Shown here piece by piece: positions 10,602-19,540 of a stretch of 64,000 bases of DNA. Every line of letters begins with the position of its first letter. Within the stretch, counting starts at the first letter, position 1. The stretch lies in NCBI GenBank assembly GCA_977017575.1, contig CDRNVI010000059.1:248001-312000 (forward strand), given 5' to 3'. The notes beneath the pieces were generated by a model. The model did not search any database, was not told the origin of the DNA, and saw only the letters and a list, made by a program, of their open reading frames with translations. Source of the stretch: Paramoeba atlantica. Lineage: Eukaryota > Protista > Discosea. A program made the translations under genes and the position numbers.

Positions 10602-10661
10602 CTTTTTCCATCCCCCTTTATCTCTCCCCCCCCCCAAAAAAAATAATTAAATAAACCAACC

Positions 10662-11132
10662 ATGCCCCGCCCCAAACCCTCCGCTGGTTTCTCCCACCAA
10701 GACTGGGCCCCCCAAGCCGCCCACCCCGCCGCCGCGGCCTCCGCGGTGCACAAAACCCACAAACCCGCGGAGATTGCCAGAGCCCAGCAAGCCAACCAAC
10801 CCGTCACCGTGACCACGCGGCACGATGCCGGGCACAACCGCCAGCACGGCGCCTCCGAGCACTTACATATGAAAAAGATCGAAAACGAGGAGGACGCCTA
10901 TGTGCACAAAACCGTGGACCGCTCCCTCGCGGTGAACCTGCGACGGGCCCGGGCGAAGAGGGAGCTGACCCAGGCCCAGCTCGCGCACGCGATGAACGAG
11001 AAGGCCGCGGTGATCCAGAGCTACGAAAGCGGCAACGCGATCCCGAATGGGTCGCTGATTGCGAAAATGGAGAAGGCGCTGGGGCTAAGGCTGCGGGGGC
11101 CACAGGCGTTGGAACCGCTGGGGAAGAAATAG
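10662..11132 (+). CDS. MBF1: Multiprotein bridging factor 1
   Basis: HQDW N-terminus; HTH region RAKRELTQAQLAHAMNEKAAVIQSYESGNAIPNGSLIAKMEKALGLRLRG. Confidence 0.96.
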   Translation: MPRPKPSAGFSHQDWAPQAAHPAAAASAVHKTHKPAEIARAQQANQPVTVTTRHDAGHNRQHGASEHLHMKKIENEEDAYVHKTVDRSLAVNLRRARAKRELTQAQLAHAMNEKAAVIQSYESGNAIPNGSLIAKMEKALGLRLRGPQALEPLGKK

Positions 11133-11558
11133 AGACAGGGGAGGGGGTGAAAAGGGAGTGAATAGAGGAAGATATTATAGACATAATATAGATACCCTAT
11201 AGAAAACCCTATAGATATAGGGTTTTGCTACAGGAAATGTGAAGAAGTGAGATCAAAATGAAATTTTTGGGAATTCGGTGTCGCTTTGCAGCCCTCCGTT
11301 GTTGTACAGACTGACGCTGATGGCCCATGGTCCATATTAAACAATTTTAGCCCTTACATATCGTTTCCTTTTTATCTGCTTTATTCAGCAGTATTTTCGT
11401 TTGGTGACTCCTTTAAAAGAAGTTTGTTTTTTGAAGGTTGTGGAAATGGCTACGGCGCTGCTAGGATGGGCTGAGGTTGATTCTTATGCAAACAAGATTA
11501 TATCTTTTTCGACCACACATTACTACTGCTTTATGATAGTATGTTTACGTTACATTTT

Positions 11559-12210
11559 ATGTCCTGCTTGAATTTTCATACCGCTGACTCGTCCTCTCGA
11601 TCAGCAAAGGTGCGAGGTGCTGTTTTACCGCAAGAATTCACGCTGTCACAATTGGTGAGTGTTCTTTCCTACAACTCCTAAGCGTCCTGGACGAATGACA
11701 CTCCTGCATGTGAATAGTCGTACGTCCAGTGTAACACTGAACAGAAAGTAGTTCGACTATTTTTGAGATTCTCGGGCCTATGGTTTTGATTGTCCCACAC
11801 TAGAAGAGGAAGATTATCCCACACTAGAAGGCGAATTGTTGTGGAAATACTTGTCGCCTACGTTGTTATACTTTGGTGCTTCGTCGCAGTCCTTGAGCGG
11901 GCTTGTGGATCTCTCAATTTTACCTCCCGATCTTAAAAAAATCAATATCAGTATGAATCAGTGTAGTGGATCATTGGATTTGACGTGCTTGCCCTCTACT
12001 CTTCAAGCTATGTACCTCGATAAAAACAGATTCAAAGGTGAAATTGATCTGACATGTCTTCCACCATCGATCCGCGAAATCTACTTGGGCGAAACTGAGC
12101 TATGTGGGGAACCGGATTTCACGAAGCTGCCCGAAGGGTTACAGGTACTGGACCTCTCTTTCAACAAGTTTGGTTGGCGTGGGGATATACCTGCTCTAGT
12201 AAGAATCTAG
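11559..12210 (+). pseudogene. Degraded LRR gene
   Basis: 5' part reads SAKVRGAVLPQEFTL...SYNS*ASWTNDTPACE*SYVQC (in-frame stops), then frameshifts into the open LRR segment 11836-12210. Confidence 0.8.
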
Positions 12211-13327
12211 ATTAAGATGCGTCAACAACTGTTTGCCATGCATGATTAATGCACTTTACTTTTTGTGATTTTCTTTTCGAAGAAATAAATTGATTAGGTT
12301 TTCCTAAGAACATCGTTTACCATATACGTTATGCGCCACACTCCTACATGAACCCCCAGAGAGTCACTTGTAGCAGGAAAAAAGTACGCCCAGCACTATG
12401 ACCTGATGATGGTCAGGATCAGGCTTGGGAGAAATCTCTAGTGACACAGATCACTATGAATAAATGAATGGCGTAGATTAAATTTGGTTTGTAACTCGAC
12501 GCAGATGAACTTCCAACTTAAACGGTTTAAATACTTCTATTCATGCATTCTTTTGGTCATTGTTATTCCTTAACCACGTGACGGGCTGCAGCTGTTTCGC
12601 CCAAGATCGGGATCGCGGTTTCTATTTTATAGTCCCCATCTTTCGGAGCTACCTTAGTTTAACTAAGTAACTAAGTTACTGTCCCGCTGCTCAATCTTTT
12701 TACTCTTTGCATTAATGGTTCTCCGAGGTTGGAGCCGATTGCACTGGACAAAATTCCGCTGAGGAGGAATATATCGTGACCCAAAGCGCTTGTCGTTGTT
12801 TTGATGTGCCGAATAGGTCGAATTATGTCCACCAAACATTCGGAAATTTCCCGAGCCTCTTCCTCTTTGGGCGTTGTGCTTTCTCGCTTTCGCCATTTCG
12901 ACTGAATGGCCGCACTCGGAACACTCACTTGGGTGGCTGTTGGGACGAGACACACGCTTTCTCGGCATGCTTCCAGGCACGGCGCTTTGGAGGCAGCTGA
13001 ATAATTTGCATTATATGCAAGAAATTGGGCAGCCAGATCCAGTAAGAAATGGTTAGCAGGCACCTGAGCGGCAAGGGGACGATGATGGGGACGATGAAGC
13101 TAACGAGCTCCGACTCCTGCTTTCCAATTTCGTCAGTACAACACTACGCATGACCATTCTCCTAAAACTAGAACAGAAAAACAAATAAAAGTTTCGCTTG
13201 TAACTTTTTTAAAATTTTCAAGTTATTTTGCGAAAAGGTGACAGATAAATAGGGGCGATGGTGGATAAAAAAAAATTATTAGAAGCGCTGAAAAGCGACA
13301 TATAACTAGGGGGGTGGGAGTGACAGG

Positions 13328-13496
13328 TACTATCCCCCCTATCCTAGCGTTGCCTCAGTACCTCCCTCATAGCGTTGCTTTTTAGACTGTCTCTTCAAGA
13401 CTCTCTTGCCGCGAAGCGGCGATTTTTTTTCTGACCCCCCATCCTAGCGTTGCTTTTTCTCAAAACCAGGCAACGCTAGGATAGGGGGGGATAGTA
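13328..13496. mobile_element. MITE-like element with ~28-bp terminal inverted repeats
   Basis: TACTATCCCCCCTATCCTAGCGTTGCCT ... AGGCAACGCTAGGATAGGGGGGGATAGTA (one indel); internal TAGCGTTGC repeats and a GCCGC-GAA-GCGGC hairpin. Confidence 0.75.
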
Positions 13497-13780
13497 ACTA
13501 GGGGGGGTACAATACATCATATACGTCAGTCCAAACGAGAGAAAACAATCTCCCACAAAAACAATACTGTTTCTGTAAACGCGAGCTTACGTTTTGCATG
13601 TAGGAATCTCCGTTAGACTTGCGCTTACACAAGGACAATACTAGCAGATAGTGGTAGCGAGATAATTTGCGACGCGAAAGATAGATTGCGACGCGAAGCG
13701 GTGTAAGATTTTTTTTCCTAATTTTCCTCAAAATTTGTAACCATCTTATTTAAATGTTCCTTTTCCTGAAAAGCGGTGAC

Positions 13781-13846
13781 AATTGAGGGGCTGCGGGTAT
13801 GATCTCACGTGATCTCGTCGTGGGCCTCACCCGCAGCCCCTCAATT
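13781..13846. repeat. Perfect 18-bp inverted repeat with 30-nt spacer
   Basis: AATTGAGGGGCTGCGGGT (13781-98) / ACCCGCAGCCCCTCAATT (13829-46). Confidence 0.9.
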
Positions 13847-14364
13847 AAGTAGGAGGGTACAGTATTACTTCTCACAAGTTCAACACAGTTGAAGTATAAA
13901 GGGGGAGTCACAGTAATCCGTGCAGTTCTGAATCTTCGTTTCGAACTGTACGCGGGGGAGCCAGCTGGCCGTCCGCTGGCACGTCTTCGAACGTGGAGAG
14001 GGAGCAGTGGCGGCAGTGCACAAAACTACTGGGGGTGTACTGGCACCTTTACTCTTACAAAAAGGAGACAAAGAAAATGCTACTTATAGAACTGCGTTCT
14101 TTGGTGGGTCGCCCAATACGGTATTCGAGTGAGGTATTACACCTGACCGATCGGTAAAATATGGCAAGATTAGCTGTTCACTTCCCTCTGAATTGTTATT
14201 TTCACGTGTACCAGAAATTCATAGTTTCGACTTGTGCACAAAAACAAATTTTTTGTTTTCGTTTAATTTTTCTATCTGCATATTATCGTGAGAGCGCCAG
14301 TGTTAAAAGGTTAGTAAAAGTTTCCCTCTGCTTCTCCATGTCTCATCCCCTCTAACCCCTAACC

Positions 14365-14979
14365 ATGACGGATCATCTCTGCTCCACCCACTTCCCCCCG
14401 TTAGTATTTTTCATCGTCGGGGGACCGGGCAGCGGGAAAGGAACAAACTGCACGCGATTCGCCACCGAGTTTGGTTTCGAACACATCAGTGCCGGGGAGC
14501 TCCTGCGCGTGGAGGCCACAAAAGATACCCCCCGGGGGCGGCACGTGTCCTCTATCCTCTCCTCCGGGCATATTGTCCCCTCGGAGATTACCATGGAGCT
14601 CATGCAGCTGGCTGTGGTGGGGACCAAACAAAGCCAGACCTCCCCCTCCCCTGCAGGCTTCTTAATTGATGGGTTTCCGCGAAAACGGGACCAGGGGGAG
14701 ATGTTTGAGCAACGTATCGGTCCCGCACGAAAAGTAATCCATTTACGCTGTAGTGAGGGGGAAATGCTGCGTAGGTTACGGGAGAGGCAGGGTGCTCGCA
14801 GGGATGACTCCCCGGAGGTGATTTTGGAACGGCTTCGGACCAACACGTTGCAGTGTGTTCCAGTGCTGGAGCAGTACCGCAGGGAGGGGAGGGTGGATGT
14901 GGTGGACTGTGATACGGGGTCCGTGGAGGAGGTTTACCAAAGGTTTCGGAAGTGTGTTCTACAACATGCGAAGTTGTAA
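14365..14979 (+). CDS. UMP-CMP / adenylate kinase family
   Basis: GGPGSGKGT, HISAGELLR, GFLIDGFPR, RRDD. Confidence 0.95.
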   Translation: MTDHLCSTHFPPLVFFIVGGPGSGKGTNCTRFATEFGFEHISAGELLRVEATKDTPRGRHVSSILSSGHIVPSEITMELMQLAVVGTKQSQTSPSPAGFLIDGFPRKRDQGEMFEQRIGPARKVIHLRCSEGEMLRRLRERQGARRDDSPEVILERLRTNTLQCVPVLEQYRREGRVDVVDCDTGSVEEVYQRFRKCVLQHAKL

Positions 14980-15420
14980 GCAAAAATTTGGAGTGGGATT
15001 TGTGATGGGCGGAACTGGTAAAAAAAAATCCATTTAGAGCCACATTTTATAGATTCTACGAATTTCCTAAAGCACTATGTAGGAGGACTACAATATGGCA
15101 GTACAATATAATTTAGCGTATATTTTAGCATATGGATTCATTCCCGTGTGCGATCCCCACATACTATTTTGAAGGGCAGTGTTAAATTTTATACTTCGTC
15201 CATAAGACAACAAGTACAGCTCGACCTGTGATTATTGAAAGAAAGTGAACAAATTCCCTGCGAAATTGAGAGTAACACACAATAAAAACGGCAAAATAAA
15301 AGGCGTTCCGGTGATCTAAAATCGGGCAAAAGGAAATTGGAAAACAGTGGCATTAGGGCCCCTTATGATCCACGTGAAAATCCTATATAGAAATCCGAAT
15401 TATAATTTGAAAACAACTTT

Positions 15421-15555
15421 CACCTCCCTATCCTAGCGTTGCCTCGGTACACCCCTTATTAGCGTTGCTTTTACGACTTAACTCTTGCCGCGATGCGACA
15501 ACTTTTTTTACGCCCCTTAGGGTTGCTTTTTACTAAACGGAAGCCCGGTTTAGTA
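15421..15555. mobile_element. Partial copy of the TAGCGTTGC MITE family
   Basis: CCTATCCTAGCGTTGCCTCGGTAC...TAGCGTTGCTTTT...CTCTTGCCGCGATGCG is colinear with 13338-13420. Confidence 0.7.
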
Positions 15556-15667
15556 TACCTGTGAGGTTTAGCATGCCTGTGGAAGAGAGTATATTAGAAG
15601 GACAGTCTTTCTTGACGTTGACTAGTACTTTTTACACAACTTTTGCTAAGCGTGTTAGGTAATTTTC

Positions 15668-16330
15668 ATGAATTCCACAAGTACGACCCCGCATCTTCGC
15701 ACTTCGAAGGTCCGTCACACCGAGCTACCGGTAGAGTATCGGATGATGCATCTCATTAAAGATATTGAAAACCCACACAAGAGTTGGTCTGAAGACACAC
15801 ATCTCTGCAATTGGTCTGGCGTGAGCTGCAACCGCACTGCTCTACCCCTCATAAGTATCACGGAAATTTTATGGAGAGGTCGAAATCTAGCAGGAAGGCT
15901 TCGCTGGGAATTTCTACCCCCAACAGTACGAAACCTAGACGTCGGCCTCAACACGTATTTTGGCTGGCAGCAGAATATGCTTAAAGGACCACTTCCACTG
16001 TACGATATGCCTACACAGTTAAAGAAAATACTAGTCGGGTACAATCAATTGTCGGGGGAACTAGCTCTTACGTCGCTTCCCTCTAACCTTTGGATGCTCA
16101 ATGTTTCTTCGAACGATTTCGAAGGAAATGTAGACTTAACAGCATTACCTCGAACGTTAGAATTTTTGCAGATGGATACGAATCCTGGACTACGTGGTCC
16201 CACGGACCTTTCTTGCCTTCCACTTTCATTGTGCTCGCTAACAATGATTCAGACGGGGTTATATCCTTCTGATACTCAGCATGTTCCACGATTTGTGAAA
16301 TGGTCTAATAAAACCGCGTATGCGAGGTAG
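15668..16330 (+). CDS. LRR family protein
   Basis: KVRHTELPVEY motif, SWSEDTHLCNWSGVSC cap, LRR repeats. Confidence 0.85.
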   Translation: MNSTSTTPHLRTSKVRHTELPVEYRMMHLIKDIENPHKSWSEDTHLCNWSGVSCNRTALPLISITEILWRGRNLAGRLRWEFLPPTVRNLDVGLNTYFGWQQNMLKGPLPLYDMPTQLKKILVGYNQLSGELALTSLPSNLWMLNVSSNDFEGNVDLTALPRTLEFLQMDTNPGLRGPTDLSCLPLSLCSLTMIQTGLYPSDTQHVPRFVKWSNKTAYAR

Positions 16331-16688
16331 ATACAACCAAAATGCGGTGGTTGACGGAATGGTTGAAGGGTACTTAAATTATCAACGACCATGAATAGTT
16401 GACCGGTAGTTGCATTCGGTAGTTGTACAAATACGCGCGTATGCGTAGCAATATAAACAATCTCATTTTACACGAAATTTTACACAAGGATCATTTACAT
16501 TCTCAACGTATCATTATTTTACAAATGTATTTATAAAACATTTACAAACCGTTTTAGAAAGGTTTTAAAAACTTTTCAATTAAAATCCCAGCGGTGTGTT
16601 TGCTAGACAAATGTAATGTTAGTTCATTTTTTGAAAGACATAAGTTTTACTTCCGATTTTCCTTTCTCATACAGCTTCTTCACTCCCA

Positions 16689-19178
16689 ATGATGGAAAAT
16701 CTTATCTCTGTCATGAATTCCCTTCATGACGTGTTTTCACGCATCGACATGGGTGGCACGCTGGCTAAGTCTTTGGAATTTCCTCAAATCGCCGTTGTGG
16801 GCTCTCAAAGCTGTGGAAAAAGCAGCGTCCTGGAGGCTCTCGTGGGACGTACCTTCCTCCCTCGTGGTCAGGGCATCGTGACCCGGCGACCGCTTATCCT
16901 ACAACTCCATCCCGTCGATGCGCATGGGAAACCCAAGTATCAATCCTCCTCCTCGCTACCCCTCGGGAGTAGTGCAAAATACCCCTCGGGGTCGGATTCG
17001 GTTCTACGCGGGGCATTTCCTTCCCCTCCCCCTTCTTCACGATCTAGGGGATCGGATTCCGAATTACTAAATGAGCCCAGGAGCTCACGACCGACCCTCT
17101 CCTCCAAGACTCCCTCCTCTCATAAAGTAGAGCTGCTCTCCTCTCTTCCCGAGGTGCCCCCGAGTCGTCCGGACTCACGCAGCGGGGAGCAAAGCTTCTC
17201 CGGAAGCCTCGAGGCCATGGAGGAGTTAAATGGGCGACCGAGCTCACCGGGAAAAGAGGATAACGGGGTAGCAGGCCCCTCCTTTAATAAGGAGGATGGA
17301 GGGACACGTCCAACCGAGTGGGCGGAGTTTCTACATCTTCCGGGGGTAAAATTTACCAATTTTGATGAAGTCCGGCAGGAGATTGTGCATGAGACCGAAA
17401 AGGTGGCGGGACGACAGAAAAATATTTCCCCAGTGCCGATTGTGTTGAAAATTTACAGTCCCCATGTGCTGGCGCTTACCCTGATTGACCTTCCCGGGTT
17501 GGTGCGCAACCCTGTCGCGGATCAGCCGAAGGATATTGATCGACAAGTGCAAGCCATGGTGTTGGATTACGTCACGCAGCCCAATACACTCATCTTGGCC
17601 GTCTCTGCGGCTAACGCTGATATTGCCACCTCGGATGGCATTCAGCTCGCGCACCGTGTCGACCGTGAGGGAGTGCGCACGCTTGGGGTGCTGACAAAGA
17701 TTGATATTATGGACGAGGGCACCGATGCGGCTGACATTCTCGAAGGCCGCGTCATCCCTCTTCGTCGCGGATTTATCGGGGTTATGAACATGAGCCAGCG
17801 GGATCTCGATTTGGGAAAGAATGTAGGGGAGCACCGAAACGCCGAAAGAGAGTTCTTTGCTACCCATCCTAAATACCGGCACATGGCTGAGCGCTGTGGG
17901 ACGGCGTACCTTGCCGAGACGCTGTCCTCCATGTTGCTGCAGCATATCCAATCTACCTTACCTACTCTACGGGGAAAGATCGAGGACTTGTTAAAGTCCA
18001 CCAAGGCGGAACTTGCGAAATACGACGAGGGCTCGCCCTCCTTACTCCACGCAGGATCAACGCAAAACGCAGCCCAGTTGTTACATCTCCTCACAGCCTA
18101 TGCGAACGCCGTCTCCGAGTCCATCTCTGGACGAAGCGAGGATAGTTCCAAGGCCCGGGAGCTCTACGGCGGGGCGCGGATCAATTTTATCTTCCACGAG
18201 CGTTTTGTGCCGTACATCGCCTCCCTCTCCCCCTCCAAGGACCTTACGGATGAGCAAATCCGCATGGCGATTAGTAACAGCCAAGGCAACCGTACCGCGC
18301 TGTTCCCCTCCGAGCCCGCATTCGAGACCTTACTGGTGGCACAACTCGCGCGGCTAAAGAAGCCCTCTTTGCGCTGTGTCGGATTTGTCTTTGAGGAGCT
18401 GGTCCGGATCGCGGACCAGTGTGCTCACAAACTCGAGCGCTACCCGCTGCTCCGTCGTCGTGTGTTTGAGGTCACCGTGGAGCTTTTAAATCTTCACCGC
18501 CCCATGGCCGAGGAACATCTTACGGTTAACCTCATGGCCGAGCGGCTCTATATTAACTCCAACCACCCCGATTTCGGAGACTCCTCGGCGATTTTACAAG
18601 CGGCCTATGGTGTCAGTGGGGCACACGCGCCGAGTGAAATACAGCATGCTGCGCCTCCCGCTAGCGCTCAGCTGCGTACGCGTGCGACGACCACAGCCGT
18701 AAACCCCAATGTTGGAAATCAAAATGTCGCCCCCTCCACAAGCTCCATGTTTCCTCCCGCTCCGGTAATGGAGGGGAAACCAACAATAGAGCGTGTGCCG
18801 TTTCCCGCTCACGGGTTTGACACCATCCCGGATCAAATTACCCACACCGGGCCATTAAGTGAGCGCGAGGGCAGGGAGCACTTTGCGCTACGCAGCCTCA
18901 TTGAGTCCTATTTCCGTGTGGTGAAAAAGACGGTGCAGGACCAGACCCCGAAGATTGTGACCTATTTTTTGGTCAAGCGGCTCACGGAGAGGCTGCGGAA
19001 TTTTTTGGTCGAGAAACTCTACAAGGAGGGGCTGCTGGAGGCGCTGTTGCAGGAGAATGAGGAGGTGGTGCGTCGGCGCTCCGCGGCGCAACGTATGCTG
19101 GCCTGTTTGAACGCCGCAAAGGAAGTCCTGGATAGTGTGAATGACGGTTCCTTTGCCGCAGCCTATCGTGGAAATTAG
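16689..19178 (+). CDS. Dynamin-related protein (Drp1/Vps1-like)
   Basis: GSQSCGKSS, VTRRPL, DLPG, TKID, RELYGGARI, GED; S/P-rich insert in the G domain. Confidence 0.96.
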   Translation: MMENLISVMNSLHDVFSRIDMGGTLAKSLEFPQIAVVGSQSCGKSSVLEALVGRTFLPRGQGIVTRRPLILQLHPVDAHGKPKYQSSSSLPLGSSAKYPSGSDSVLRGAFPSPPPSSRSRGSDSELLNEPRSSRPTLSSKTPSSHKVELLSSLPEVPPSRPDSRSGEQSFSGSLEAMEELNGRPSSPGKEDNGVAGPSFNKEDGGTRPTEWAEFLHLPGVKFTNFDEVRQEIVHETEKVAGRQKNISPVPIVLKIYSPHVLALTLIDLPGLVRNPVADQPKDIDRQVQAMVLDYVTQPNTLILAVSAANADIATSDGIQLAHRVDREGVRTLGVLTKIDIMDEGTDAADILEGRVIPLRRGFIGVMNMSQRDLDLGKNVGEHRNAEREFFATHPKYRHMAERCGTAYLAETLSSMLLQHIQSTLPTLRGKIEDLLKSTKAELAKYDEGSPSLLHAGSTQNAAQLLHLLTAYANAVSESISGRSEDSSKARELYGGARINFIFHERFVPYIASLSPSKDLTDEQIRMAISNSQGNRTALFPSEPAFETLLVAQLARLKKPSLRCVGFVFEELVRIADQCAHKLERYPLLRRRVFEVTVELLNLHRPMAEEHLTVNLMAERLYINSNHPDFGDSSAILQAAYGVSGAHAPSEIQHAAPPASAQLRTRATTTAVNPNVGNQNVAPSTSSMFPPAPVMEGKPTIERVPFPAHGFDTIPDQITHTGPLSEREGREHFALRSLIESYFRVVKKTVQDQTPKIVTYFLVKRLTERLRNFLVEKLYKEGLLEALLQENEEVVRRRSAAQRMLACLNAAKEVLDSVNDGSFAAAYRGN

Positions 19179-19540
19179 GTTTGAATTTACTAAAAACGTA
19201 TGTGCATTTTTGCGTTTTGTTTTGAAATTGATTTGTACAAAGCTCCCACTTCTCGAAAATGGGAGTACTTGAAAACCTGATCGAATACAGTTTGAACTAT
19301 GGAGTCATGGCCAAATGTGTTCCACGGTGAAATAAGAAGGCATTGGCATAATGCTGTAAACGAATACCCAAAACAATATTATCCTTGATTTATTTAGGTG
19401 ATATTCTTGAATTCTAACTGTTTCTGGTAAATAGAGGTTTTTACTCCAAAGTACCAAGAGTTCTATTATTTGTTCGAAATCTGAACACAGACCATCTCTC
19501 CTTTCTTTCTACTCAAAGACGTTGGATTCTTTCTATTTCC

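Noticed and set aside
13564-13578. TACTGTTTCTGTA resembling the SL core
   Set aside because: Short, mismatched, and no donor or element body follows.
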